A DNA stretch of 64,000 bases from Octopus vulgaris (lineage: Eukaryota), in the NCBI GenBank assembly GCA_951406725.2, contig OX597818.1, forward strand, positions 75,330,001 through 75,394,000. The letters run 5' to 3'. The notes under the pieces are model-generated. The model searched no databases. It was given only the letters and a program-made list of their open reading frames with translations, and was not told the origin of the DNA. How positions within the stretch are numbered: position 1 is the stretch's first letter; every line of letters begins with the position of its first letter. Both the position numbers and the translations under genes were made by a program. Below, in pieces: positions 13,872 to 27,475 of this stretch.

Positions 13872-13962
13872 GAGCAGCACAACAAACCACAGCACGTACC
13901 CAAGGCACACAGAGCTGCGCTCGGTAGTACAGTGTAAGCACATGATAAAAATAAGACTACTG
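13872..13962 (+). mobile_element. short retroelement 3' end between (TAA)n tracts, copy 2
   Basis: Direct repeat of 13138-13226. Confidence 0.6.
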
Positions 13963-13985
13963 AATAATAATAATAATAATAATAA

Positions 13986-13986
<1 letters not shown>

Positions 13987-14016
<30 letters not shown>

Positions 14017-14223
14017 AAGAAGAAGAAGAAGAAGAAGAAGAAGAAGAAGAAGAAGAAGAAGAAGAAGAAGAAGAAGAAGAAGAAGAAGAAGAAGAAGAAG
14101 AAGAAGAAGAAGAAGAAGAAGAAGAAGAAGAAGAAGAAGAAGAAGAAGAAGAAGAAGAAGAAGAAGAAGAAGAAGAAGAAGAAGAAGAAGAAGAAGAAGA
14201 AGAAGAAGAAGAAGAAGAAGAAG
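13987..14223. repeat. long perfect (AAG)n microsatellite
   Basis: Uninterrupted trinucleotide run of about 240 bp; explains the poly-K and poly-L ORFs. Confidence 0.97.
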
Positions 14224-15291
14224 AATCATTTCTGCTATTGGCATCAAGCCTGAAATTTGCGTGCTCAGCAGGTACTTATTTTATCAACTTCGGAAGGTTG
14301 AAAGGCAAAGTCAGGACGGACGAAATGCCTCTAAGTATTTTACACGGCGTGCTAACTATTCTGCCAGCAATAGTTCCTAATTTAGACACAAGATCAAGAA
14401 TTTTGACAGAAGGAAGTCGATTTTTTCAAGATTTTTTTATGTGAATTCCTGCACTGAAACAATTTGTTGTGTCCTGAGAGAGTCGTTATACTAATAGTAA
14501 TAATAATAGCACACGCACAGTTTCAATTTCACTTCCTTACCGTTAGTCAATTAGTTAAAAATCTAACCAACTAATCAATCGTTTTTTTAATGTGTTGGTT
14601 AAACAATCAATTGGTTGTTTGTTAGTCAAAGTTCTTTCATCGCTTTTTGCAACCTTTTCAGTAACTTAGTGACTTTCCCTCTCCCTCTTAACTCTACTTC
14701 TAAGCAATTAACCAGGGTGAGATTTGAACTCAGAAATTAAAGACCTTGAGGAAATACTGAATGACAAGATCTTTCTTGGTGTTCTAACCGGCTTTGCCAA
14801 CCTACAAACCTTGACAGGTGCAATAATTAATAGCGTAAACAACAACAGCAGTAATATTAAAAGTAATAATATTAAGTTTGTGTGAATCGTTTATCTCCGG
14901 TTGATATCGACTTTCCACTAACATAATCGCCAACAATGTACAGTAACTAAAACGGTACAACAATAACAATAACTACATTTGCCACTACAACTGCTACTGC
15001 TGTTGTTATGTGGTCGGTAAGAAATAGAAATATAAACAGCGGCAATTATACATAAACACATATATACAATTGATTTGTTTACTGCAGTCACTGCAATATT
15101 AATGAATCTATTCAGAACAGAAATAACGTTTGTTTATTGAGTATTGCAGTATTTTATGTGCTGTGTGAATTATGTGTTTGCATATGTGCACATATATATG
15201 TGCATGTATACTGCATATATATATACATATATACATATCTATATATGTGTGTGTGTAGTTATGTATGTGCATATGTGTGCATGTATATATG

Positions 15292-15349
<58 letters not shown>

Positions 15350-15456
15350 CATACATATATACATACATATGGAGTAGAGATAGATAGATAGTTATTAGTA
15401 TATAGATATATATTTATGTACATATAAGCATATACATTTGTATTATGTGTGTATAG

Positions 15457-15508
<52 letters not shown>

Positions 15509-15653
15509 GTATGTATATACATATATATACATATATATATGTATGTATAAAGCACAGTTTTAATATACATACACACACATATCTACCTGTCTATATATAT
15601 ATATCCAATATGTTTATGCATATAATTACATGTATAAATATACCCTATATATG

Positions 15654-15696
<43 letters not shown>

Positions 15697-16835
15697 ATGT
15701 ATACATATATTTATATATATATATATATATATATATAAATGTGTGTATACATATACATATATATATATATATCTAAGTATATAAACATGAATATATATCT
15801 ATATGAATTACATATATATATATATATATATATGTGTGTATGTGTGTGTGTGTGTGTATACGTATGTATACACACACACACATAAAAAACTTAAGTACTG
15901 ACATACATATATATATTTATAGGATCGCAATATAATAACTGAAAACGGGAAAAGTATAAGTAAATACCTAAACGCACATACGCACATTTATTACAAACAC
16001 GCGCGCACTAACAAACAAACCAATGGGCAAATGCCCAACACGAAGACAATAAATTCATGTTATTGTTTACTGGTGTTGTTTCCTGTTTTATGTTTTCCTT
16101 TCAATAAATGGCAAATGATTACAGTTTGCTGAGGAGTTGAGTTGGAGCGAGTACCGTTTCAAAAGATCGAGGTTCGTATCCTGTCACTGACATTCTCGTG
16201 CCTCCAGGGTTCAATACATTTACATACATTTACAATCGTAATTAAACCGGTAATAATATCTATTTTTGCATCATACACGTGATGAAATAAGAATATAAAC
16301 ATTGTTTCTATGCTATTAATGTACTGGAAAAAAAGAGTCTCCTGATAGTCTATTTCTCGGTTTGTTAACGCTTCCTCATATAAGACGTGCCTGATTTCTT
16401 CCATAATCAATAGCACAGAGCAGTTATCTGATATATAAAGCAGCCATAAGTTAAAGTAGGACTCTGACGTATAACCTAATTTGCGTATTTGTGATTCAGA
16501 CTTTTTGGAAAAAATTAAATATCTAATTATCCAAAGTCAACTTCAGCAGTGTTTGAACTCTGATACCACAAAGTATATTGTCGGGTACTCTATTAATTTT
16601 GCCAGACCACTGCTTTCGTCCGTTATAACAAAACCTTTACAAATAGGTTAAAGTTTCTGAATAACTAACGTCAGTGGTTTATTTTCTAAAATATACTAAT
16701 TAATTGCATCTAGTCGAATAAAAAATCACATATCGGTTGATACGACAATTACAGTGAAGTATTTGTTTCACAAATAAGTCTTATGTGTCCGTTAACTGCT
16801 TGAACGAATGTAATGATATTAGTAAATGAGCTAAT

Positions 16836-17046
16836 GCGGGAAACTGGTAAAATCGTTAGTACGCCGTACAAAATATTTAGCAGTATTCCGTTCGTCTTTA
16901 CATTCTCGGTTCAAATTCTACCGAGGCTTACTTTGTCTTTTATTCTTTTGGGGTCGATAAAATAAGTGCTATTTGAATACTGGGGTCGATATAATCGACT
17001 AACACCTTTCTCGAAATTGCTGGCCTTGTGCCAAAATTTGAAACCA
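16836..17046 (+). mobile_element. tRNA-derived SINE (family of 1294-1505)
   Basis: GGTTCAAATTC B-box, GGGGTCGATAAAATAAGT domain and CTTGTGCCAAAATTTGAAA tail. Confidence 0.75.
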
Positions 17047-17237
17047 ATATTAGTAAATAATCTGATGTTACAAAACATTCCTTGCTGTGTAATTATTTCT
17101 AATTTTATATATATACTAGCAGCATAGCCCGGCGTTGCCCGGGTCTGTAAGAGCCCCTAGTAGGCAACGACTAATCCCAATGTAGTCCTTTCCCTCCAGG
17201 GAACGAAGGTGCATGTGGACGTTGCAATGTCTTGTCT

Positions 17238-20200
17238 TCACTGGAATACTTCTGTATATACGATGTTCCTAGCTGTCCGTTTGGGCGAAAACATGAAAAC
17301 ATCATTGCGCCTCCCAACGCGTGAACAGCCCACGTAGAGTTGACCGTGGGCGAAGCACTGTTCGCCCAAATGTAACCCAGCGACTTGTAGCGTTTGGCCT
17401 TGGGATTTATTGATGGACATTGCGAAGCAGAGTTTAACAGGAAACTGAGAACGCCTGAAGTGGATTGGTAGGTCAGCGCCCGACGGTTGAAGGTGCATCC
17501 GTGGAATGAAGACGTCCTCTCCTTCCCACAACCGGTAAGTATTGTGGCCGTTATTAAATGTGGTGCCAAATGTTTCACAACCAAACGTGTGCCGTTGCAC
17601 TGTTTAGGTGGAACCAAATTCCTGATGAGCATAATGGGCGCACCGACTTTTAACTTCAGGATGTGTGGTGGCAGGCCTGGCGGTTCAAGTGAATTCAGGA
17701 ATTCAACAGGATAATCGGCAAGCTGGGCGGGGTCTGCTGTCCTATCTATAGATTTGTAGACGTGGACATCACCAGGAATAGCTTCAAGTAGCTGGATATT
17801 GATGGAGTTGACGGTTGTATTTTTGGGTGCGAGAATAGCTCTGCCTGCCAGCCATTTTAGGTCGCGTAAATTGTTTTGTAGGTCGTGGAAGACAGCGTCC
17901 CGGAGGATAGCAGGGGTGTCGACAATGGTGCAAAGTGAGTCCAATTGAACGTAGCCATCCGCATCAGACAGCATCCTATTTTCACCGAGCGATAAGAGGT
18001 CCCTGGAGAATGCAGCGGATCCGCTGTCACCAATTAACTGCGCGCACATGTTAGCTTGGAGGTGCAAGGGCCGCACATGTGCCCAAAGAGCTGACGACTT
18101 AAGGCACGCGCGCACGGCATCGGCACGGGTTCCTTTTGGAATAACAGGTAGAGTCTGCCTGAAGTCTCCTGAAAGAAGTAAAGTTAATCCTCCCATGGGG
18201 GCCGTAGAGTCTCTGATGTCTTGCAGGGACCTGTCCAGTGCCTCAAGGGCGCCTTTGTGTGCCATAGTGCACTCGTCCCATACGATGAGTTTGCATCTGC
18301 GCAGAATGTCGGCCTGTTCTGAGTTCTTGGCGATGTTGCAGATAGGTGACTCGGACTTTGCCAGATCGAGCGGGAGTCTGAAGGCAGAGTGGGCGGTTCT
18401 GCCACCCGGAAGCAACGTGGCCGCGATACCAGAGGAAGCTACAGCCAGGGCAATGTCCGTGTTGTGTCTGACCTCTGCCAGAATTAGTTTAGTGACGAAG
18501 GTTTTGCCAGTGCCGCCGGGTGCATCAAGGAAGAAAATCCCCCCACGTTGCTGTCTGACAGAGTCTACGATGGTGTTGTAGGCTATGCGCTGGTCTGGAA
18601 GCAGCCGTGGTTCATTATCTTGGACGTACTGGTGCAGTTCCTCAATGCAGTAGGAAGTTTCGCGTAACAATTCAACAGACATAACATTGGCGTGTTCACG
18701 TGTGGGTGGTGGAAGGCCGTACTCTGTTAAAGCAGACCCACCCATATCGATGACAGCGTCTTCGAGTTGAATGAGCGCAAAATTGTAAATGAAGTTGGTG
18801 AACGTGATCTCGGCGGAAGGGCAGTGTTGCTGAGCCGTACGTAAGAAGTCGTGCGACATGTCATCCCTGTATTTCATCCAGAGACTTAGTGGATCACTAA
18901 GCTGACATTTTTGAAGAAGTATTGCGAAAAGATGTCGTAGGGCCGAATGCGTTTGCAGTAAAGCACCCTCTGCCATCGTGGCGTCCCACTGGGAGTCATC
19001 CTCTAGAAGGCCAAGTCTCATACATGCTTCCCTGAAGGTGTCGCACAGAACCCCATTGACGGTACGTATATTGGCGAAACCTGTTGGACCAGTGACCTCA
19101 TGTAGAAGGAGACGGAGGTAGAAGCATTCTTGTTGGTTTGGCGGGATGTTGTAAACTCGACCCAGGCAGGAGTCAAACTTGACGCCTGGGAAGCTTTCGA
19201 CGTTTTTGCCGGATTTCCGTCGAACCCAGGTGTTTTTAGACCACACGAAGTACGATGGGACCTGTGGGTACAAAAGCGTTCGAGCGAAGTCATCACGTTG
19301 GCATAATTTGAAGAAACCAGTCAACGTTGTGTCTTTAGGGCTGGTGGCTATCTGCACAGCACTTTGCTCTGTGAAGTAAATCCGCTGTCCATTTTCCAAG
19401 TGTACAGCAAGCTGCACCACAGCCGGGTGTCTCTGATGGAGCGGGAAGCCGTAAATGCGCCAAAACGCTTCGTTGCTGCTGAGGTACCGGCCAGCCAAGT
19501 AGTTGGACACTTCGTCGCGACTGGTGGTCCTCTGGATGCTGAACATGGCAGCATCGCTGCCTTTGTTGATATATTTGCAGACATATTGTATTGACCTGAT
19601 GGAACTGCAGAACTCAACGTTGACGTGGGCTTTGAATATCTTCGACAGGAGAGGACAGTAGGGGACAATGTAGCTGTTGTCCACTTGATGTCGCCCAACC
19701 GTAATCGTGCGGCCTCCATTGGCTGGACTCCTTCGTTTGTACAGCGGATACCCATCGCCGCCTGTTTGAGTCTCCAAAGTGAACCGTTTAGGGAATCCCT
19801 TTGAGCAGGCTAATCCGTTTTTGTAGCATGGTGTGTTGGCGTAATTTGGTCCACAGGGCCCGTGTACCATGGTAGTGTGGACAATTTCGTAGAGTCCGGG
19901 GTCCTCATCGGGGTCAGGAATCTCGGCGGAAATGAATTTGTCAATGTCATTAGTCTCGATTTTATGAGTGAGCCAAATTAAGATGTGAGCATGTGGCAAG
20001 CCCCTCTTTTGCCACTCGACCGAAAACATGTGGCACCTGACATGCCCGAAAATCTGACCCTTAACTATCAAATCCTTCATTTTGCCCAAATTCAGACGGA
20101 AAACCCAAGCAACGATGTCGCGTCGATGGGTGTGAGATTGACCCGGGAGGCGTTCGCGAGTGATTTCGTCGCAGCTGGGATTGCACGTGTAGGTGATAAA

Positions 20201-22106
20201 GAGGTCCGGCCGGCCGTAAATGCGCACGTAGGTCAAGGCGTCTTGGGTCCTTTCACGCATATATCGCGGTCCTCCCGTGAAGGTGGAGGGTAGAATGCAT
20301 GGCTTGCCGATGTTGCGAGGGTCATTTTCTTGTTGCAAACCGTCACGGAGATGAATGTAGGAGTCGGAGCGAAGTTTGGTCTGATTAAGTTTAATGTATA
20401 GCAGCCTTTCCGATTCCATTTTTGCGGCCATGTCGACGGCGAACTGGTTGAATAGCTGACGACAACGGGGCAATAAGTTGAACTCACCCTCCCTGACCAT
20501 GAACCGGTATGAGTAGAACGCCCTGTAGGAAACCGTCTTTGATGCCGCAGTAGTTTGATTGAAGGGCTGCCGTAAAGGAATTCCGAAGTGGTAGCCGTCT
20601 TCCCCATAAGGGGAAAGCAATGGATACTGAAGCGCGTCATAAGATCTGTGAGTCTCGCTGATCCTGTGTAGGTTGTTACCACGGGAGGAGATGATTATGT
20701 CACGGCTGTTGTGTTGCTCTCCGTGTATGACTGCGGCAATTTCGTTGCACGCAGGTGCGTTGAAACGGCGTTCGTGCTCCCCGTGGGGTCGTTTATCAGC
20801 ATCAATGACAACGGTGAAGTTTGGAGATGGAGCACTGTCCAAGGCATATCTGAAGCTGCAGACGTAGCTGTTGATATCATGAAGCATGGTTTGGAGACGG
20901 AGAAGAATGTCTTTGCGGGGAACATAGCTTGTACCCGGTATTATTCCAAGGCGTGCATCAACCTGGTGGTTGTAGTCGGCAATGAAGTATATTTGGAGGA
21001 AAGAAGACTGCTGAATCTCGTCTGGCAGAAGTGACCCAATAAGATGGTAGACCTGTCCCTGCACTTTGAAAGTAGGCATCCAGCCTTCTCTGGGAGGAAT
21101 TTTGGCCCCGAAAGAGGTCATTTGGAATGAGCAGTTGTACTTTCGAATTATTTCAAGGAATTGTGACGAATTGGGGGTTAAACCCGCCGCGAGATCCTTC
21201 AGTGGTTGAGGTGGTTCCCGTAGGGGTGGCAGGTCCACTTTGCCACCAGAGCAGCACAAACCAGGTGGCTCTCCGGGCCATTTCTTGGCTTTGCAAAACT
21301 GGCATACAATTGTCATTGACCCTATCTTGATGTTGTCACGCAAGGAGAAGTTAATTGTGGCGTCGTAGTTGAATGCTAGTGACAACCAGAAAGCGGGGGC
21401 AGGGGTACGTACACCACGAATGATATCCCGACGTTTGTTGATACTCTCAAGTCGAGTGCACCGTGCCTCAGCAGATTCAGATGCACGTGCGACAGCGGTA
21501 GCAGTGGCATCCCTTGAAAGCCTTTCAGCTCTCGCCTCAGCACCCTCTGAAGCCCTAGCAGAAGCAGTGCTAATGGCATGTCTGGATGTCCGAATAGTCC
21601 GTTGGTGTGGAGTTTCGGCAGATCGAGCCCTGGCTGTTTGCGGCGTTAGCAGCTTGGCGAGCTCTCCTCTGTTGAGGTGTTTCGGCAGCTTTGGCCATGG
21701 CTTTGTTTGCGGCGTCAGCACATTGGCGAGTTCTCCTCTGCTGTGAGGTTTCGACAGATCGTGTCCTGGCGGTGCTAGTGGCGTTAGCCGCATTCCGAAT
21801 GGCCCTTTGTTCGGGGTTCTCGCGAGCTCTGCGGATGGAAGCACAGTAAGAAGCCCGCATGTTTTGGCTGGACTGTTGCTCTTTCGTCAACCTCGAGCGG
21901 AGGGAAGATCTGTACGCTGCGACCCTTGCAAGTCGGGTAGAACGGTCGCTAGTAGTTTCAGATGCCTGAGCAGCGGCATAACGGGAAGCTGTTTGCGAGA
22001 GGCGCAAGGCGGTTTCCTCGTGGGTCTCGCGTGCCCTTCTAGCCCTAGCAGCCGATGCCTTGGCCGTCCGAGGGCTGAGGAGGGTCCTTCTCTTCTTGGG
22101 TGGCAT
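17238..22106 (-). pseudogene. Helitron RepHel (STPR-like repeats, Zn finger, HUH Rep, PIF1 helicase) with two frameshifts
   Basis: ATG at 22106 (MPPKKRR). Zn finger CQFC..CC. Rep motifs DLFITYTCNP, VEWQKRGLPHAH, YVCKYINK. Helicase motifs APGGTGKT, WDECTM, GDFRQ, then FAMSINKSQGQT and HGQLYVGCSRV in a shifted frame (17238-17600). Frameshifts near 21635 and 17520. Confidence 0.93.
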
Positions 22107-22228
22107 TTTGGTGGATAGCAATGTGTTTGGCAAAGGTGTAATAAAAAGGAACACGTGGGGTAAGTATTTTGGTGGATAGCAATGTGTTTGGTAAAGGTGT
22201 AATAAAAAGGAGCTCGTGGGGTAAGTAT
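22105..22228. repeat. 61-bp tandem duplication abutting the Helitron start codon
   Basis: ATTTTGGTGGATAGCAATGTGTTTGG..GTGGGGTAAGT at 22105 and 22166. Confidence 0.85.
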
Positions 22229-23393
22229 CCGAAAATGTATAAAAATGTACAAAAACGGCCAAAAAGCTGGCAGCAATGTGAGTGACAACAACGAAAAAGT
22301 CAAAAGTGATCAAACTGAACAAACGAAAGGAAAAGTTTTTTGATGCACACGACAAAAGTGGTTTATAATAAACCAAGAGTTTGCAAGTAGCGTCCGAGGA
22401 CCGTTAGGGTACGTCAAAAATTGAAGGTAAAACGTTTGGGGTGGTAGTTATAAAGAAAGTTTAAACAAAAAAAGTATTCGAATAACTTGCGGCTGCAGCA
22501 GCTATTAGCAGAAGTGGCGGTGTTGGGGGTAAAGTCTCGAATGTAATTTCTTCCTGGTAGGAATTGGTTGGATCGAATTATCGATAGCTAAAAAGGTCAA
22601 GTTGCGTCCCCTAGACAGTCTGGTTTGTGTTTAATACACAAATTTGTTTGCTATGTGTGCCACATATGATTAAATTAACCGATTTTTTCCAATAATGTAT
22701 CCTATTGGAATAAAAAGGGCTATATAGCTCCTTGGAGCAGACATGATGCTCGTTGTGAAAAAAAAAAAAGATTCCTGCCAATTTGTGAAAGATATTGTCG
22801 AAAATATGTCATCTTGAATTTGAACGCGATTTCCCAAAATGGCATGATTTTATCGATTGTTTCTGATGGTAAGGTATTGCATGGAAAACTAAAGTCAGAA
22901 TTGAGTTTCTTAGGGTAACATTAAGCTTCACCATGAGTTTGGTGAAAATCGATTGCAAGTCGTGAAAACTACCATAGATAATGCGTTGCATAAAAAAAGC
23001 TTAGATTCTCGAGTTGCGTCCCCTAGACAGTCTGTGGTTCATGTTTATGATTCTCGACCCCATGTCGAATTTATCAATTTTTTTCAGAACTGGGGGAACT
23101 TTTCAAAATTTTCGCTGCGTTAGTTTTGAATTATGACATTGGGCTATGTGTGTGTCAAGTTTCATCAGAATCGGTTGAAAGCCGTGGTCAGGGTGAGGGT
23201 ACGAGAAAACAGACACACAGAAGCACGCACAGACAAACTGCCGTTTATATATAGAGAGATATATATCACTGAAATGTAACAGAATGGGCTTTAAGTCAGA
23301 TGACTTAGCAGAACTAACTCTTCTATAAATATTCATACCCTATATAGTGACATGGTCTTCGCGTCTCAGGAGTCATGAAATATTGCGTGTGCG

Positions 23394-23466
<73 letters not shown>

Positions 23467-24018
23467 AGAAACACAAGCGCGAGCATACACACATACACAC
23501 ACGCATAATACACACATATACACACGCACAATCACATTAGCTTCATACACACACGCGTGTGCACTCACACACGCACACACACACACATGTCAGATTCACA
23601 TTTGTCTCGCTTGCCACCCTCGCTTCAAGTTACTTCTCAAATTCTCCCACCAGTCTCTACCAACCTCTTCCACCTCCGGTCATTTCAGCATGCGGTGACT
23701 GTCTAATTGAGATACGTTTGTTCTTTCCCCTCTTAATATTATTAACTATTCTTGATATGAAATATTACTGTGTAACCCCTCTGGCCAGTTATCACAATTG
23801 CCTAATTTTGGAGCAAATACTTAACTAAAATTTGGTATTTCATTCTTTAAAGATTCGTACATATCGATCAAGTAAAAACAAATTCGATTTCGGAAATATC
23901 AAAGAAGATTCTTACGTTAAGAATATTCAGAGAGATGTTTATCAAAAACTGATTTATGCACGACCTTTGTAGTATTTCATTAGAATTCTTTTGAGAAATA
24001 ATAGTGTATGTATGTATG

Positions 24019-24085
<67 letters not shown>

Positions 24086-24135
24086 GTATGTATGCATGTA
24101 TGTACGTATATATGTATACATATATGTATTCATGC

Positions 24136-24168
<33 letters not shown>

Positions 24169-24183
24169 TGTATATATATATAT

Positions 24184-24342
24184 ATGGCCCTCCCATTTGA
24201 TAGGGGCAGAAGGCAGTGCAACCTTTGTGTCTCCGAACTCTTCCATATTTTGTTTGCCAGAGGCCGGATGGTAAACGGGCTTTTACAGTCGGCTTTTCGA
24301 TGCCCCCATTGGCGGCGTTACACTTATCTGGCTTTTAAATAG
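24184..24342 (+). mobile_element. Penelope-like element C-terminal fragment
   Basis: [19 protein letters not shown]....VN......CPH...Y aligns with AQPYKNSRDGCELCSME..IL...LN.....CIH at 49327-49644; begins in a (TA)n tract. Confidence 0.65.
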
Positions 24343-25229
24343 CGTTTATAAATAATACCGGCACCCATAGCCCTTGGTAACAAATTCTGAAATAGCCTTT
24401 AAGATATCTACGATTAACCACTGCAAGGGGAATTACTCCTGTAAAACAAACGGGGCTTGGTTTTTTCACAGCGGGGGTTTCCTTGACAAGGCAGGCTTAG
24501 ATGAACACACACACACATAAAACATGATATATATATTTTTTTTTTCTGCCACCCAACGGTTATCACGGCAGTAGCCACTGACAGCCGAACGATCAAACGC
24601 ACACACGTACACAAAAAATGTTTTCTACCCCTACGCCAACACACACATATATAGAACAGTATACACACACACACGTCTCTAAGTAGATTTTTTCTCGCCC
24701 CTTATAAAACATCCAATATTCCTTAAATAGTCAGAACTTTATTCTCGGTCACAAAGAACATCTACGCACCCTCACCCACATGATTGACCGATGCCTGACC
24801 CGTTGAATTCTTCAGCCACCGGTTCTCAACATACACTGATAAACAGTTTCGCCATGGGCTCTTAGGAGCATAGTTCGATTTGTTTTTGCTCCGCCTCTGT
24901 TCTGTTTTTGTTTTTCCAACGGATTTCCTATTTTCTTCCTGAAGAGAAAGACACAATATGGTCCCATTATTCCATCGGATTTTGGTAATTTGTGCCTTTC
25001 GAAACACGTGTAGAATGAAATAAAACGATTTCTGTTCAATCTGCGTTCAGCTCCATTTCTTCAATTCACCAATAATGTTCTAATTTCAATTATCCGCACC
25101 AACGCACGGTTGCAACACCATATGGTTGTACCTCCAACCGTGCTGTTTTACTGCTGTGATTTTTGCTACTAAGGTATCGGTTAAACTTTTGATTAATCTA
25201 CTACAAGATTATTCATCTTTCTATTTCAC

Positions 25230-25270
<41 letters not shown>

Positions 25271-25284
25271 CATATATGTATTTA

Positions 25285-25353
<69 letters not shown>

Positions 25354-25795
25354 AGTGTCCTTTCATCAGAATATGGACATGTATGATTCGAAACAATTTC
25401 AACAATACAATTTCAGGATATGCCAATTAAGTTGCTGATAAGATGACTTTTATCTTTCCAGAAAATGAACTTTACATAATATATATATATATTAGCCCTC
25501 TTTTAGCATGACCTTAGCCGGCAGTACAAAACAGAAGATAATTTCAACATTGAGATTTATCAAAAGCTGAGAACAAGTATAAAATTATGATTTATTCTTC
25601 CAGATTATACCTCAGTCAGATTATATTTAATGTCTTCAATAGAACCACATGAAATTGTGTAGAGTGGGAATTAGTTTTGTATTTTAAGAATCCAATGAAA
25701 TGATGCTTTGTAAGAAGATTTTTGACACAAGCTCATGGGGAGTGTACCACTAAACTAAATGGAATTTTTTGTTTACGTATTGACTAATTAATATA

Positions 25796-25950
25796 CCGTA
25801 TTTACTCATGTAGCCCTTTAAAACATAATTTTACATTAAAAGACTGGAGTATAGCATATATAGGAGGCAAAGCTAAAACTATGAAAGGAAAAAATTATAC
25901 CAAGATTTGACACTAAATTTGGGGTGCGACTTATACACGAGTAAATATGG
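25796..25950. mobile_element. pogo/Tigger-like MITE
   Basis: TA|CCGTATTTACTC ... GAGTAAATATGG terminal inverted repeats. Confidence 0.65.
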
Positions 25951-26924
25951 TGCCTCTTTGAGAGTATTTCTGCCATTGTAATCACATTTTAAGAAAGTAA
26001 ACATAAACCAATCACCACATTTTAAAAATAAAAATACTTTATTTCACATTTTGAAGTTTGAAAATGAATATTATAATAATAAATTTTATTTCAAATACGT
26101 GGAATTGGCGTAACTAATTACTTTTAATTCTTTTTGTCGTCCAGCTATGATTTCCGTTTACAAAATTCTTCGTGACATTCAGTAAAATTTTTCGTTAAGA
26201 AAGATTCCATAATGTGACATTGTCATGTCATGGTCTCCGTTTATGATCTGATGGAATAATTGTAATGAAAATATTCTTCTGGTGCATCAACGATATTGCA
26301 TTCATTATCATCAGAACATCCATTCCAATAATGCCCATAATACAAATCTGCCAAAGAATACGCTAACATAGGAATTTTTAAGATATTTAATTGGTTGTCA
26401 AGATGAACACAGAAATACAGTTTTCTTTAAAATATTTTCAAAGATGATTTGGTAAAAAAAGAAATCATGTTTCCCAATAATTGCTTACGAAATTGACTGA
26501 GATGTTTTCACAGTTTCTCCCTCTGGAAATATATAGTTATTTCTCATGTTTTCTGCGCTTTTAACTTTTGCAGTCATTTTTTTCTCGAAATTAATCGAGC
26601 AAAGAGTATAGGGAGTATTCGAAATTACTCTCAGTTTGTGCATGCTGCTAATTTTACTCTATGTAGCCCTTAAGATGGGAGACTTCAACCATTTTATAGT
26701 TTTTCCCACATCTCACCATTACATCCTGAGATCAAATTTTGTCAGGTTCACTTGTGTCACGGCGACATAAGTACCAGGAATGTACTAGAGTTGACTCAGT
26801 TTATTTAAGTTATTACTTTTGTAATAGGGAACTAAAAAGCCAAAAACAGTTGCATTCCTTGTAGGTTGAACATATCTTTATATTACTCTAACTCTATAAT
26901 TATAAATATTGAAATATAAGTGAG

Positions 26925-26960
<36 letters not shown>

Positions 26961-26987
26961 TTTATATATATATATATATATATATAT

Positions 26988-27475
26988 ATGCGTGCATGAA
27001 AAGTAATACTCTTAAGATTATAAACCTGGAAAAGTAGAGGATTAGTTATTACACCTGGAAAAGTATAGGACAAGCTATTACTTCTAGTAAAGTAAAGAAT
27101 AAGAAACTTTTTACTTAAAATATTGCAGCAAAGAACGCCAGTTTCTCTAATTTATGACTCTTTACAGTTCTTGTCTTTTAAATTTATTGTACAAAACTGT
27201 TCAGCTAATTTGTAAGTTTGTCTAATTAGTCACTTTTTCTGTATTTAAGGTAGTAATTAGTCAAATTCTACTTAAATAAGTATAGTGTTATTTGTAAAGT
27301 ATAATGAAATAATTTCTAATATTCAAATTTTAATTTTAGCTGCAATATTTTAAGTGAAAAGTTTCTTATTCTTTACTAGAAGTAATAGCTTGTCCTACAC
27401 TCTTCCAGGTGTAATAACTTTTCCTGTACTTTTCCAGGTTTATAATCTTAAGAATATTACTTTTCATGCTCGCAT
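26988..27475. mobile_element. foldback MITE with ~150 bp TIRs, superfamily unassigned
   Basis: ATGCGTGCATGAAAAGTAAT..CTTAAGATTATAAACCTGGAAAAG...TATTGCAGC is mirrored at 27339-27475. Confidence 0.8.

Larger units (their letters stand above)
17116..23259 (-). mobile_element. near-complete autonomous-type Helitron
   Basis: The minus strand starts A|TCTCTCTATATATAAA (23259) and ends with hairpin CCCGGGCAACGCCGGG, a short spacer and CTAG|T (17116). It is inserted at an A-T dinucleotide with no TSD and encodes RepHel. Confidence 0.95.

Noticed and set aside
13732-14253. Poly-Lys and poly-Leu ORFs
   Set aside because: Artefacts of (AAT)n and (AAG)n.
17171-17520. C-terminal tail of the 1557-aa ORF as a novel domain
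   Set aside because: Out-of-frame read-through after a frameshift; the real helicase C-terminus is in the 17238-17600 frame.
17487-22303. Many short overlapping or antisense ORFs inside the Helitron (likewise inside the LINEs)
   Set aside because: Shadow ORFs of GC-rich coding DNA; no captured host gene was recognisable.
24730-25060. Minus-strand ORFs, possibly an inverted PLE piece
   Set aside because: No recognisable motif, so it cannot be supported.
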